From Candidatus Bathyarchaeota archaeon (GTDB lineage: Archaea; Thermoproteota; Bathyarchaeia; 40CM-2-53-6; RBG-13-38-9): a DNA stretch of 64,000 bases. Shown in pieces: positions 51,387 to 61,801 of this stretch. Position 1 is the stretch's first letter; each line of letters opens with the position of its first letter. The notes under the pieces were generated by a model, which made no database searches, had not been told where the DNA came from, and saw nothing but the letters and a program-made list of their open reading frames with translations. The position numbers and the translations under genes are program-made. The stretch covers positions 73,152-137,151 of the forward strand of contig CAWECG010000001.1 in the NCBI GenBank assembly GCA_963807605.1, written 5' to 3'.

Positions 51387-53223
51387 ACGGGCTCCGAGGC
51401 CATTCTTCTTGCATCATCGCAGCTTTTTGTTTACAAGCAAGATGCTACCTTACTATAAGCTTGTTCGCTCTCTAACCTTTCCGTCGACATCAAAAATCCT
51501 CAGTCTTCTTTTTGGTGTCAGCCTAGTTGGGTCTGTGTTAGCATTTACTCTGGCGGGTAGGAGTTGGGAGGCCGCCGCCCAAGGTTTGGCCTTTGGTTTC
51601 ATTGTGCTCTTTTTGCCCGCAATCATCACAGATGCGATTTCCTCAATATTGTTACTTAGAGATGATCCGCTATTCTACCTCCGGAGATGTTTTGCTTTAT
51701 CGCTATTCTCCTGCGCCTTATGGATACTAATAATGTGCCTCGGAGGAGTCGTAAGAAACATTTCCACGGGTTTAGATTTCCCACAACAACCTTTCTTCCT
51801 AGCATTGTTCACAGTAATGCCGCTTAGATCATTGGCAGTCACTTCGATGTCATCCAAGAGAATATCTAACAAAATTCTCTTCGCATTCTTTCAGCCTTTT
51901 GCATTCTCACTAGCGGCCATCCTCCTCCTAAATTTGGATGTATCCATCTTTGTGAAGAGCTTCTGTGCTGCTACGGTATTGTCGTTGGTACCCTTGCTTC
52001 TGCTCCTGCGATTCATTGAATCTAGAGGCCACAGGATGGTCGGAGCATCTCCGTTACGTGTCTTTAGAGCATTCTTAGTTGATTGGCTAAGCAGGAAAAA
52101 TGAGCTGTTCGAGAGCTTCTTGGAGGAAATCGGATCTGAAGGTAAGGTCGAAATAACATTGATGAAGTTTCATAGAAAAAAGAGTGGCCAACCTAAAGCT
52201 TTGATTGCAGTATCTGATTTTCACCCAGGGCCATTTCTAAATGTCGGCAGCAGCGAACTCCCCTATCTGATCCAGAGAAATCTAGAGAACAAGAAGGGGC
52301 TAGTTGTAGCTGTACCTCACGGTATCTCTGGACATGAGCATAATCTAGTCTCCCAAGCTCAGAATTCTAAAGTCATTTCAGCAATAATCTCGCTTCTTGA
52401 AAATTCTGATTTGAGTAGTAATGCATCAGCTTTCAATGGATTTGAGGTCGGGTCGGCTAAGGTTGGCGCTCAAGTTTTTGGAGAATGCTTGCTGCTTACA
52501 CTTACCCAATCGCCTAGAGATATGGAAGACATACCATTTCAATTAGGAAAGGATCTCGAACAACTTGCCAAAAAGAGATTCAAATATGTAGCGATAGTCG
52601 ACTCGCACAACTCTATAGCTGAAGCCAGAATGTTTACTGAACAGGAAATCGAGAATCTGAGATCAGCCGCATCTCAAGCCATCGAATCTCTTGCTGCGTC
52701 AAGAACTGACACGTTTGAAATGGGCGCTGCAAAGAGCATCCTTAGAGGATTCGGCCCTGAGGATGGAATAGGCCCGGGGGGTATTATCGCATTTGTATTC
52801 AAGACCTCGGATCGACTCACCGCGTATGTGACTGTAGATGCAAACAATATGGCTCCTGGCTTGAGGGAGAAGATCATTTCCTCTTTGAAAAGTATCGGCA
52901 TCACAGGTGGCGAGATAATGACTACTGACACTCACGTCGTCAATGGTCTTGTGCCTGCAAGGCTTGGATATCATCCTCTGGGAGACGCTGTAAGCCAAGA
53001 CATTGTCATCGAAACAATAAGAGAGACAGTCAAGAAGGCTAAGGAGGATCTCGAAGAAGCGCGTGTTTCATCGTCCTCGATCATTACAGAGGTAAGAAGT
53101 CTAGGCTCGCAGTCTCTTGAAAATTTAATATCCTTCATGTATGGTGTCGCAAAGCTTGTAGCGACCTACATGGTAATCGTGTTTGCAGTCTCAAACCTTG
53201 TAGGCTTGGCACTCGTGCCATAG
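51328..53223 (+). CDS. DUF2070 family membrane protein (start uncertain; ATG ~51442 is possible)
   Basis: N-terminal multi-TM region, then HPGPF..VGSS, H..H..N, D.HN, D.NN, TTDTH; C-terminal TM. Confidence 0.8.
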   Translation: MSSLLSRILENSLQAFADAKRAPRPFFLHHRSFLFTSKMLPYYKLVRSLTFPSTSKILSLLFGVSLVGSVLAFTLAGRSWEAAAQGLAFGFIVLFLPAIITDAISSILLLRDDPLFYLRRCFALSLFSCALWILIMCLGGVVRNISTGLDFPQQPFFLALFTVMPLRSLAVTSMSSKRISNKILFAFFQPFAFSLAAILLLNLDVSIFVKSFCAATVLSLVPLLLLLRFIESRGHRMVGASPLRVFRAFLVDWLSRKNELFESFLEEIGSEGKVEITLMKFHRKKSGQPKALIAVSDFHPGPFLNVGSSELPYLIQRNLENKKGLVVAVPHGISGHEHNLVSQAQNSKVISAIISLLENSDLSSNASAFNGFEVGSAKVGAQVFGECLLLTLTQSPRDMEDIPFQLGKDLEQLAKKRFKYVAIVDSHNSIAEARMFTEQEIENLRSAASQAIESLAASRTDTFEMGAAKSILRGFGPEDGIGPGGIIAFVFKTSDRLTAYVTVDANNMAPGLREKIISSLKSIGITGGEIMTTDTHVVNGLVPARLGYHPLGDAVSQDIVIETIRETVKKAKEDLEEARVSSSSIITEVRSLGSQSLENLISFMYGVAKLVATYMVIVFAVSNLVGLALVP

Positions 53224-53235
53224 GAGGTTAGTGTT

Positions 53236-54288
53236 TTGCCCCTTCATTACATGCAACTCCCTCGTGAGGTGATCGTCGGGACCGACGTGATAGGATCTCT
53301 GGGCGAAGTATGCCAGAAACTTGGTTTCCAAGGAAGCGCTCTGATCATCACGGGTCCAAGGATGATGGAATTAGCTCGCCGAGATGTTACGCGTTCACTC
53401 CAAGAAGCATCGCTCTCCACCGGATACTTGACGGTGGAAGATGCAACAATAGAATACGTCAAGATGGCTGAGGAGGAGATCGACAAAGACCGCCCATCGG
53501 TTGTGATAGGGTTGGGCGGAGGGAAGGATATAGATATTGCAAAGTTATCATCGGCCAGCAGGAAGATACCTTTCATCAGTGTTCCCACCACGGCCTCTCA
53601 CGATGGAATAGCGAGTTCCCATGCCTCGATTAAAGGGCTCGATAAGCCATACTCCCTCAGGGGTCAGGCGCCTCTTGCTATACTTGCTGATATCTCGGTC
53701 ATTGCCAAATCACCGTACAGATTGATTGCGAGCGGTTGCGGAGACATCGTAGCGAAATATACGGCAGTAAGGGACTGGAGGCTAGCACGGAAGGTGAAAG
53801 GCGAGTATTACGGTGACTATGCCGCTGAACTGGCACTCATGAGCGCTAGGCTAGTGACGCGAAATGCCGGAACGTTAAGGAGTCTTGGCGAGGGAGCCGT
53901 CAGAACTGTCGTCGAGGCATTGATCAGCTGCGGGGTCGCAATAAGCATAGCTGGAAGCAGCAGGCCCTGTAGCGGGTCAGAGCATATGTTCAGCCATGCC
54001 TTAACTATGATAGCGCCAAAACCTGCACTTCATGGTGAGCAGTGTGGTGTTGGTGCAATAATGAGCGCCTATCTTCAGAAGGGCAATTGGAGGCTCATAA
54101 GAGAAGTATTGAGAAAGATCGGGGCTCCCACGAATTCTGACCAGTTGGAAATAGATGAAAGGTACATAGTAGAGGCCCTCACCATGATCCCTAAGGTTAG
54201 GCCTGAAAGATACACCATTTTCGGTGAGAAGGGCCTCACCATTCGTCAGGCTGAGAGGCTTGCAAAAAGATCGCGGGTCATATCTTAA
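53236..54288 (+). CDS. egsA: sn-glycerol-1-phosphate dehydrogenase
   Basis: GGG..ID.AK, PT.ASHDGIAS, SG.GD, SRP.SGSEH.FSHAL, LHGEQ, RYTI. Confidence 0.95.
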   Translation: MPLHYMQLPREVIVGTDVIGSLGEVCQKLGFQGSALIITGPRMMELARRDVTRSLQEASLSTGYLTVEDATIEYVKMAEEEIDKDRPSVVIGLGGGKDIDIAKLSSASRKIPFISVPTTASHDGIASSHASIKGLDKPYSLRGQAPLAILADISVIAKSPYRLIASGCGDIVAKYTAVRDWRLARKVKGEYYGDYAAELALMSARLVTRNAGTLRSLGEGAVRTVVEALISCGVAISIAGSSRPCSGSEHMFSHALTMIAPKPALHGEQCGVGAIMSAYLQKGNWRLIREVLRKIGAPTNSDQLEIDERYIVEALTMIPKVRPERYTIFGEKGLTIRQAERLAKRSRVIS

Positions 54289-54318
54289 TTGTGCCTTGAG
54301 ATTGATGCACAGATCGAG

Positions 54319-54543
54319 TCAGGTACTTGCCAAAGTCTCTGTACTTCTTACGCCTTTCATTCCGTTTATCTGAGCGGTGATGGTCTTAAGTTCCTTGTAC
54401 TCGGTGACCTCCATCAGCGCTACTATATCCCATCGTCCGTAAACCATGTAGGTCTTCCTGACTTGCTTGAACTTCTTCACTTCTGAAATCGTGTCCTCAA
54501 TCCTTGTAGGGATAGTCTTGATCAAGACACAGGCGTTCAACAT
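54319..54543 (-). CDS. Stand-alone Lrp/AsnC ligand-binding (RAM) domain protein
   Basis: A.VLI, VYGRWDIVA, GV.STETL. Confidence 0.85.
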   Translation of the reverse strand: MLNACVLIKTIPTRIEDTISEVKKFKQVRKTYMVYGRWDIVALMEVTEYKELKTITAQINGMKGVRSTETLAST

Positions 54544-54785
54544 TACTTTCCACCCGCTGTCTTCATCTCAGGTAACGTCTCAGTGAATACAACGCCGCCG
54601 ATCTTTCCCATCTTCGTGACTGTGGTTCCCAAGGTATCGTAGTCTGGAACTTCGATATCCACGACTACATCATATCTTCCAAGAACAGCCATCACATTCC
54701 TTGTTTCTTTGAATTGTTTCATCCTCTCCACGACTTCGTCGAATCTTCCCCGTTCGGTTCTTATTAATATGCATGCGGAGATCAT
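54543..54785 (-). CDS. Stand-alone Lrp/AsnC ligand-binding (RAM) domain protein, tandem paralog
   Basis: MISACILIR, VLGRYDVV, GV..TETL; TAATG overlap with the next gene. Confidence 0.85.
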   Translation of the reverse strand: MISACILIRTERGRFDEVVERMKQFKETRNVMAVLGRYDVVVDIEVPDYDTLGTTVTKMGKIGGVVFTETLPEMKTAGGK

Positions 54786-55144
54786 GATTCCATCATCCGT
54801 ATCGTGTGCTGAACGCGCTATAAAACCACTTTCCCCGGCAGCAATTTGCCACCTATGGCAAGCATTTTGCGTAGATTGAATAACGCAAGCCGAGTCGCCC
54901 ATGCAACTTTCCGGATGTTCACCCTATCCTCAGTTCAGACAAGCCCAGAAACAAGGTTTGCTCAGTACAAATTCCTTCACACTGTGCGGCAATCCGATTT
55001 CTCAGGAATTGATTACCCGCACTTTCAATAAAGATTGAGCAGCGAGACCATTAATTTCTGTGGTATCAAAGCCGGAAGAACTATAACGGTCTGGAAAAGC
55101 ATATCGTCGTGTTTTGGAGGGAGATCTGACGGCGGCTGGAGACT

Positions 55145-55747
55145 ATGACTGAAGATAAAGGCTCATGTGCGTACTTGACTTTCGTTACGAGTAATCCGAA
55201 CAAGGTGACTGAAGTAAGGCAAATCTTAAGGGAATTCTCGATCGCTTTCGAGCATTTGAATCTAAAATATCCTGAGATTCAGTCAAGCTCTCTGAGGAAG
55301 ATTGCTTCCGTCAGTGCCAGATATCTCCATAAGAGACTGAAACGTCCCCTGTTTATCGAAGACTCCGGCCTCTTCATAGATGCCTTGGGGGGGTTTCCAG
55401 GACCATACTCTTCATACGCTCAGAAGACTATCGGAAATCTTGGTATCTTAAAACTCATGTCGAATATTCGACAGAGAACTGCACGGTTTGAGTCTGTAAT
55501 CGCATACATCGGGACCGGTTGTGATGTCCGTCTCTTCTCGGGAATCGCTGAAGGGAGCATATCTTCAGAGGCTAGGGGTGTTAGGTGGGGTTTTGATCCT
55601 ATCTTCATTCCTCATGGTTCCCGCCAGACATTTAGCGAGATGGGTGCGGAAGGAAAACAGAAGGTTTCTCACAGGAGAATTGCGGTTGAGAAATTTGGAA
55701 TATGGACTTGGGAACGAACAGACCGCGCCGTTAACTCCTTTCGCTGA
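55145..55747 (+). CDS. dITP/XTP pyrophosphatase (Ham1/RdgB)
   Basis: FVTSN.NK..E, EIQ, EDSGL...AL.GFPGPYS, GFDPIF, SHR. Confidence 0.94.
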   Translation: MTEDKGSCAYLTFVTSNPNKVTEVRQILREFSIAFEHLNLKYPEIQSSSLRKIASVSARYLHKRLKRPLFIEDSGLFIDALGGFPGPYSSYAQKTIGNLGILKLMSNIRQRTARFESVIAYIGTGCDVRLFSGIAEGSISSEARGVRWGFDPIFIPHGSRQTFSEMGAEGKQKVSHRRIAVEKFGIWTWERTDRAVNSFR

Positions 55748-56369
55748 AGTATCTGCCTCGATACGCTATCTCTCTGACTTTATCTAACACTTTTGAGGTG
55801 GCCTCTGCTCCAACAGTCTTCCTGTAGCCTGTCAATATCAATCTCATGGATTCATGTGCGTGTCTGTAATGTGTACTGTTGAGAGCCCTGCTCATCAAGT
55901 GAAGGTCGACCCCTTTATCCTCCTCGCTGATCGAGTGAAAACTCAGTCCGAAGTCTATTAGGAAGACTTTCTCCTCGTTTACATAAATCATGTTGGAGGT
56001 TGTAAGATCTCCGTGTATCAGAGAAGCCTTGTGAAGTTGCCCTATCTCACTTCCGATCCTTTGACAAAGCTGATCTCAATCCTTGCTGTTCAATCCATCT
56101 AGGATTTCCTTGACTCTGGCTCCCTCTAGATACTCCATAACTAGACTCACATTATCTATATCGACAAGATATATGATAGGAGTGGGAACGGATGCTCTTT
56201 TGGCCTCGTGGATGTTCTCAGCTTCGCGTACGGTTCTTGAGACTCTCAGTCTGTGATCGAGGCTTGGATGTCTGTAAGACTTCGGTAACCTTATCTTGAT
56301 TATGACCTCTCTACCGTACCAGCTTTCACGGTAAAGGTCTGCCTCAGCGCCCTTCTTAAAGAGCTTCAT
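55731..56369 (-). pseudogene. bud32: KEOPS kinase Bud32 with an in-frame UGA at 56078-56076 (pseudogene, assembly error or readthrough)
   Basis: KGAEA, K.R..K.YR...LD, MEY, then *DQLCQRIG..IG.LH...IHGDLTTSNM, LIDFGL, ED..VDL, RGRY, all in one frame. Confidence 0.85.
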
Positions 56370-57386
56370 CTACTGCCCCCTCCAGGTGACTTTGACTTGA
56401 TCTAACCTCCAGCGGGGTCTCACCATGCTATCCTCAACATTTACAGTGACGCCACTGCGAAACGCTAGGATTCCATTCCAAGCAATCTGAGCGCCAGAGT
56501 CTCCACTGAATCTTCTTTCCACCGCGCAGAATTCTATGCCGTGCTCCTTAGCAATAGACTTTAACATGGATTGGAATCTTTCATTGGCTGCAACGCCCCC
56601 AGTGAGTAGAAGTTCTTTCTTTTCAGTGTGGGCTAGGGAACGTTCACTAGCCTCTGCCATCATTGCTAGTGCAACCTCCTGAAGAGAAAAACATAGATCG
56701 GGCAATGGCACGCCTTTCTTGGACAAGCGCAATGCCGCAGACAAAAGGCCAGAGTATGCGACATCATTCCCTTTTACAGTATACGGAAGATCTATCAGCT
56801 CCTTGCCTTCTCTAGCCACTCTCTCAACCTCCGGTCCCCCGGGGGTAGCAAGACCTGTGGCCCTCGCAAACATGTCAAAGAGATTCCCAATCGTAATATC
56901 TTCAGTCTCTCCATAGATGCGCCATCTCTCAGCGGCGTAGGCTGCTATGGCTGTATGCCCGCCGGAAACAAGGATAACCAGAGGATCCATCATATGCGTC
57001 GTCAGGCAGCCGATTTCTATGTGCGCCAGAGCGTGATTAACCGGCACAAGGGGCTTCTTGAAGTAGACCGAGAGAGCTCTGGCGGTAGTCGCGCCTACTC
57101 TTAGACATGGACCTAGCCCCGGCCCGCAAGAGAACGCTATGGCATCAAGTTGCTTCGCTCTTACCCGAGCTTTCCTCAATGCCTCCAGAATGACCTTATC
57201 TGCTTTGCTGTTGTGATGTTGTGCCGCTTCACTTGGATGTATGCCCTTTCCGACAGGAGGTACGTAGACTTCCCTGATGTCGGAGAGGATCATTCCATCG
57301 CTGGAAGCGATCGCCGCTCCGAACGTATGTGCTGTAGATTCGATTCCTAGACAGAGTAACTTCTTCATCTGGTATCTACCAGTCAC
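56370..57386 (-). CDS. kae1: KEOPS t6A threonylcarbamoyltransferase Kae1
   Basis: LGIESTAHT, GIHP, GPGLGPCL, HA.AHIE, LVSGG.T, ET.D...GN..D, GGVAAN, D.GAQIA. Confidence 0.96.
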   Translation of the reverse strand: MTGRYQMKKLLCLGIESTAHTFGAAIASSDGMILSDIREVYVPPVGKGIHPSEAAQHHNSKADKVILEALRKARVRAKQLDAIAFSCGPGLGPCLRVGATTARALSVYFKKPLVPVNHALAHIEIGCLTTHMMDPLVILVSGGHTAIAAYAAERWRIYGETEDITIGNLFDMFARATGLATPGGPEVERVAREGKELIDLPYTVKGNDVAYSGLLSAALRLSKKGVPLPDLCFSLQEVALAMMAEASERSLAHTEKKELLLTGGVAANERFQSMLKSIAKEHGIEFCAVERRFSGDSGAQIAWNGILAFRSGVTVNVEDSMVRPRWRLDQVKVTWRGQ

Positions 57387-57487
57387 TGTCCCTTGAGTTC
57401 AATAAATCAATTGCAACATCTGCTGGAAAGGTTAAAGTAAACGGTTTCTTCAATAAGGTAGGCACTTAGATTTTGGGATGAAAAACA

Positions 57488-58723
57488 TTGAGCTCTCCGC
57501 CGGTCCAGCCTGAAATCAACATTGGCACTCTAGGGCATGTTGATAATGGTAAGAGCACTCTGGTGCAGGCATTGACAGGAGTATGGACCGCGAGGCACTC
57601 GGAGGAGCTCAGAAGAGGCATTACGATCAGGATAGGTTATGCAGATGCCTATTTCTACAAGTGCTCTTCCCACAGGGGAGCAGCGGCGTTCAGCACCAAG
57701 AAGGCATGCCCCATCTGCGGGGCAGAGACGAAGTTTCTGAGAGGCGTGAGTTTCATAGATTGTCCCGGACATCACAGCCTAATGGTGACGATGCTTTCAG
57801 GCGCCGCCTTAATGGATGGTGCACTATTTGTTGTCGCAGCGGATGCGAAGTTTCCCCAAGCTCAGGATCGGGAGCACCTGTTGGCTGCCGAGATGGCCGG
57901 AATCAAGAAGTTGATAATTGTTCAGAATAAGATAGACGTGGTTAACCGAGAACGTGCAATTAAAAATATGCAAGAGATCCAAGAATTCGTCAAGGGTAGG
58001 CCTGCAGAGAAGGCTTCCGTAATTCCTGTGTCAGCCCAGCACGGAATTAACATCGATTTACTGATAGAGGCAATTAACCACGAGATCCCAACGCCGAAGA
58101 GAAACCCCTCAGCCACACCTCAACTATACGTTCTGAGATCGTTCGATATCAACAAGCCAGGCACAAGAGCAGAGCAACTACACGGTGGGGTAATAGGCGG
58201 ATCGATCGTTCAAGGGATCTTTCACCGTGACGACCAAATTGAGATAAGACCCGGCTTAAGAATGGAGAGCGGCGGCAAGACTTTCTACCAACCAATATTC
58301 ACTCAGATAAGAAGTCTTCATGTCAGCCAAGGTGAAGTTGAACAGTCCAGTGCGGGCGGTTTAGTTGGAGTGGGCACATCCCTCTGTCCCTCCGTGACCA
58401 AGGCGGATAGTCTAGTGGGGAGTTTAGTCGGAAAAGAAGGCGGCCTTCCAGCCGCGCTCGACAAGGTGACACTCGATGTTGAGCTGTTTGAGAGGGCTGT
58501 TGGCACAGAGGAGCTTGTGACCGTTGAAAAAATCAGGACGAATGAGCCCCTTGTTCTCAACGTTGCGACTGCTGTGACGTCGGGGGTTGTTACCTCTGCA
58601 CGGGAGGACGTGATTGACGTACAGTTAAAGCGTCCAATCTGTGCAGATTCCAGCTTCAAAGCCGCCCTTAGCAGAAGAATAGGTGATAGCTGGCGGCTGA
58701 TCGGTTATGGAACTTTCAAGTGA
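57488..58723 (+). CDS. eif2g: Translation initiation factor aIF2 gamma subunit
   Basis: QPEINIG..GHVDNGKS, EELRRGITI..GYA, DCPGH, QNKID, RSFD.NKPG, WRLIGYG. Confidence 0.97.
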   Translation: MSSPPVQPEINIGTLGHVDNGKSTLVQALTGVWTARHSEELRRGITIRIGYADAYFYKCSSHRGAAAFSTKKACPICGAETKFLRGVSFIDCPGHHSLMVTMLSGAALMDGALFVVAADAKFPQAQDREHLLAAEMAGIKKLIIVQNKIDVVNRERAIKNMQEIQEFVKGRPAEKASVIPVSAQHGINIDLLIEAINHEIPTPKRNPSATPQLYVLRSFDINKPGTRAEQLHGGVIGGSIVQGIFHRDDQIEIRPGLRMESGGKTFYQPIFTQIRSLHVSQGEVEQSSAGGLVGVGTSLCPSVTKADSLVGSLVGKEGGLPAALDKVTLDVELFERAVGTEELVTVEKIRTNEPLVLNVATAVTSGVVTSAREDVIDVQLKRPICADSSFKAALSRRIGDSWRLIGYGTFK

Positions 58724-59268
58724 TTAGCCGATACGCTTTTGTCATCTTTAATCTCATTGTCAATTTGATATGGTTAAGGATGACACGGTCATAAGAAGAA
58801 GTCGTTTCATTAGCCTTTTTCTTTTGTCAGTGTTAGAGTTCGGTGAGGAACTTCAAAGATATTTTTGGCATTTATGGTCGATTCATCTACATGCAACTTT
58901 CGTTCGAGCATCGTGTCGTGCTAGGAGCATTGGAAAGATAACGGTATTTCGCTGAGTGTTTTCTTTCTTGTGTCATTTCTTCTTTTTCAGTTTTAGTATT
59001 CGCAATTGATCGTCGGTCAGTGGAGGCACTCTGAAAGCGGGTTTCCCAGTTTCTCCAAGTTGGGATAAAGGCAAATTGGCCTTTTTCTCGTACTCATTAG
59101 CGTATCCATATCCTTTGTTGCTCTATGGCACTTGCGTCAATTCCGTGAGATGTTTTCTTTAGTCGAAGGAGACCTTCTCTCTTTAGTTCCTCGATTGCCT
59201 GAGAAACGTAAGATTTGTATTCCAATGGACAGCTTTTTCCCAGGTTTAGCGTGCGCTGTGAAGGTCAA

Positions 59269-60627
59269 TCAGCGGAAAGTTTCAGCTTGCGTCTGTCTCA
59301 GCTTCAATAGGAAGGATTCTTCGTTCAATTTGACATCGTCGTAGGTGATTACCATGTCTCTAGAAATCGTTCTTTTTACTTGGATACCATCGGCGAAGCC
59401 AAGAGGCAGCAAATTCTCCTTTGTAGCAGTATCTGCTTCTTCTGCGAGCCCATAAATCGTATATCCTCCAGAGCCGTCCAGCACATCTCCCGGCTTCAGA
59501 TTCCTCTTGGCTGCAGTTATAACCTCTGCGACGGGTCTAGTAGGTAGTGGTGCTCCAGTCGGTTGTTCAAATAATGCTGCTCGGATCAGCGAGATCGACG
59601 CTTCGAGACCTGCTAGATGGTGTGGTCTGAATATGAGAGCATTTTTTCCTCCCATAGAGCAACCGTAGCTCCCTAGGATTTTCATTACTTCTCTATCTTC
59701 GCTAGTAATCACAACGAAGACGCCCCACCGTAGATTATCCTCAATTCTTTGGCCGTCCTGGCTGTCCCATGGGATAACCTCGGTGACACCTTCGCTCTCA
59801 AGTATTCCCCCCTCTTTCTTTAAACTTAGTACTTTAGGAATCTCTTTTTTTGGTACTGAAGAAAAGTGCATTCCTCTAATATCCGGTTTCAAGCCTGTTG
59901 CGTTGCAGACCGCGGTCATTTCTACGGCACATTTTGTTGTGTCGATGAAGCTGTTATACATCTTCAGGTTTGGCCGCAGACGTTTAATTTCCTCCTGCGT
60001 CCAACCGAACCTTGGGAGTGCATCATCAGGCGTCAAATGTCTCCATTCCAATCTGGCGGCAGTCCCTTCACCTGCAGCTACAACTCTAAATCCTGAGGAT
60101 ACAGCCCAATCGTAGAGTTCAACTATTACAGCTGGCTGATCCCCGTAAGCCATACTGTAAACTACGCCTTCCTCCTTCGCCATCTTAGCTAAGAGCGGCC
60201 CAACTACAACTTCGGCTTCAACCGTAGCCATCACCACATGTTTCTTATTCTTTATAGCGTGGTAGGCGTGTCTAGCTCCTGCTTCCGCACTTCCCGTAGC
60301 TTCAAGGATAACATCGACATCGCTCTCCATCACCACTTGGCTATTGCCTGTGATTACGGGGACCCTCTTCTCGATAAAATGGTTCGCAGCATCGACGTCT
60401 TTAACTTCAGCTATCTCGTTAGGCTTATGACCAGCGGATACATACCCTTGAATCGCTCTCTCTTTCTCTATATCCGCTACCATAGAGATGTCTATACCTG
60501 GGATCTTCGCTACTTGTCTCATTACTGAAACGCCGAAAAAGCCCGCGCCAATAATCCCAGCCTTAATCGGCTTGTTGGTCTCCTCAAGTTTCCTAAGCTT
60601 GAGCCATGTAACAGTGCTCATCTTCAT
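59269..60627 (-). CDS. NAD(P)-dependent oxidoreductase, homoserine-dehydrogenase-like with C-terminal SAF domain
   Basis: GIIGAG.FG, EATG, KHVVM..VE, YGDQP, D.TK.A.EM..V.NATG, AKR.LK.G..LDG.GG..IYG. Confidence 0.88.
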   Translation of the reverse strand: MKMSTVTWLKLRKLEETNKPIKAGIIGAGFFGVSVMRQVAKIPGIDISMVADIEKERAIQGYVSAGHKPNEIAEVKDVDAANHFIEKRVPVITGNSQVVMESDVDVILEATGSAEAGARHAYHAIKNKKHVVMATVEAEVVVGPLLAKMAKEEGVVYSMAYGDQPAVIVELYDWAVSSGFRVVAAGEGTAARLEWRHLTPDDALPRFGWTQEEIKRLRPNLKMYNSFIDTTKCAVEMTAVCNATGLKPDIRGMHFSSVPKKEIPKVLSLKKEGGILESEGVTEVIPWDSQDGQRIEDNLRWGVFVVITSEDREVMKILGSYGCSMGGKNALIFRPHHLAGLEASISLIRAALFEQPTGAPLPTRPVAEVITAAKRNLKPGDVLDGSGGYTIYGLAEEADTATKENLLPLGFADGIQVKRTISRDMVITYDDVKLNEESFLLKLRQTQAETFR

Positions 60628-61113
60628 ATCGCCATCAAATAATTAGAGTCCAAGTAATCAAAGGTAAAACAATCAATAGAAGAATAAAGCTTCTCCCAAT
60701 TGGGTGGAGGGCTACTGAACGAAAATTTGTTAATTTGCTCTGTGAGAAGCTTCCAGAAAATGTGCGCATTATGACTGTAGCTAGGAATCAGGATGAGGCA
60801 GCAAAATCAAATCAAGAATTGCAGAAAGCATTCAACCATCCAAACTACGAGTCGACCCTCAGAAGTATATGGTAGAAATGAAGGGTCGATTCTGACCAAT
60901 GAGTCTATTGCTTCTTGGGCTTTGTGAGGTGTACTTTGAGTTTGGAATCTCTAAAAGAGACATCGATGTGTGGGGAAAGCCCCCTGATGTTGACTATTAC
61001 CAAAACATCGAAGTCAAGAACAGAAGAGATCCACTCAAAGAGGCTGAACTAGAGAACCAACAACATCAATTTACTACTAACTCCAGATGAAGCATACAAG
61101 AAGTAGAGAATAC

Positions 61114-61254
61114 TTGAGTAAGAAGAACAAAGGTAATGCTACAAGCCTGATAATACTAGGCATAATGATATTTGGCATAGCTTTGATGGCTAATGCTGTG
61201 GGTAACATTGTTTTTCCAAGTACTGCTAGCATGGCTGAAGCCTATAGTGGATAG
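61114..61254 (+). CDS. Possible 46-aa single-TM protein with basic N-terminus
   Basis: Hand translation from TTG: MSKKNKGNATSLIILGIMIFGIALMANAVGNIVFPSTASMAEAYSG. Confidence 0.35.
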   Translation: MSKKNKGNATSLIILGIMIFGIALMANAVGNIVFPSTASMAEAYSG

Positions 61255-61451
61255 TATTGAAGCGTTGATGCTTGATCTTCTATACTATAATTCACCTTTA
61301 GCCTATGGTTAGAATAGCTAGAAGAACTTATCATCATATGATTAATCCTTCAATAATGCCTATGGATGATGATTAGCGTGTCTTCAGCATCTAGGATATA
61401 GTACTTCAGTATCTCAAAGTGCCTCTATGGTATATATTTAATGATACATGC

Positions 61452-61715
61452 AAGCATACTGAAGCCTCAAAAGTGTAGCTGGCAAGCCTTAGCATTAAGC
61501 TTGCCAAAGCTTACCGAAGCCTTCTGAAGCTTACTAGGCTTATGTGGTGTATTAGTATCCAGTTCTGGTGAATGCTAGGGAAGCATACCGATAAGCTTCG
61601 ACAAGCTTGATCAAGCCTAAGCCTTTCGAAGCATTGAAGCATCTAAGTGTATCAGAATGTGTTAAAGTGTCTTTAAAGTGCTACACAATGCTCTCATAGT
61701 GCTTCTAAAGTGCTC
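61452..61715. repeat. Helically phased AAGC/AAGTG short repeats
   Basis: AAGC at 61452, 61462, 61497, 61507, 61517, 61527 and 61593, 61603, 61613; AAGTG at 61645, 61665, 61676. Confidence 0.7.
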
Positions 61716-61766
61716 TTTGATCATGCGAGATCGTGGGATTCTACATCTTTCGAGGGTGGAGATGTG

Positions 61767-61801
61767 CTAGTACCATGTAATTTTACTAGTACCATGTAAT
61801 T
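61767..61801. repeat. 16-bp direct repeat x2 (19-bp period)
   Basis: ctagtaccatgtaatt at 61767 and 61786. Confidence 0.8.

Noticed and set aside
56052-56085. BHB-like fold (UUGA/UCAA helix) around the bud32 UGA as a second intron
   Set aside because: The UGA would remain in the 5' exon after cutting, the stems are weak, and the protein shows no insertion relative to typical Bud32.
58960-59230. Minus-strand fragments (EYKSYVSQAIEELKREGLLRL.. / KGYGYANEYEKK..) as a frameshifted HTH gene
   Set aside because: Too short and no family recognised; it may be a remnant but cannot be supported.
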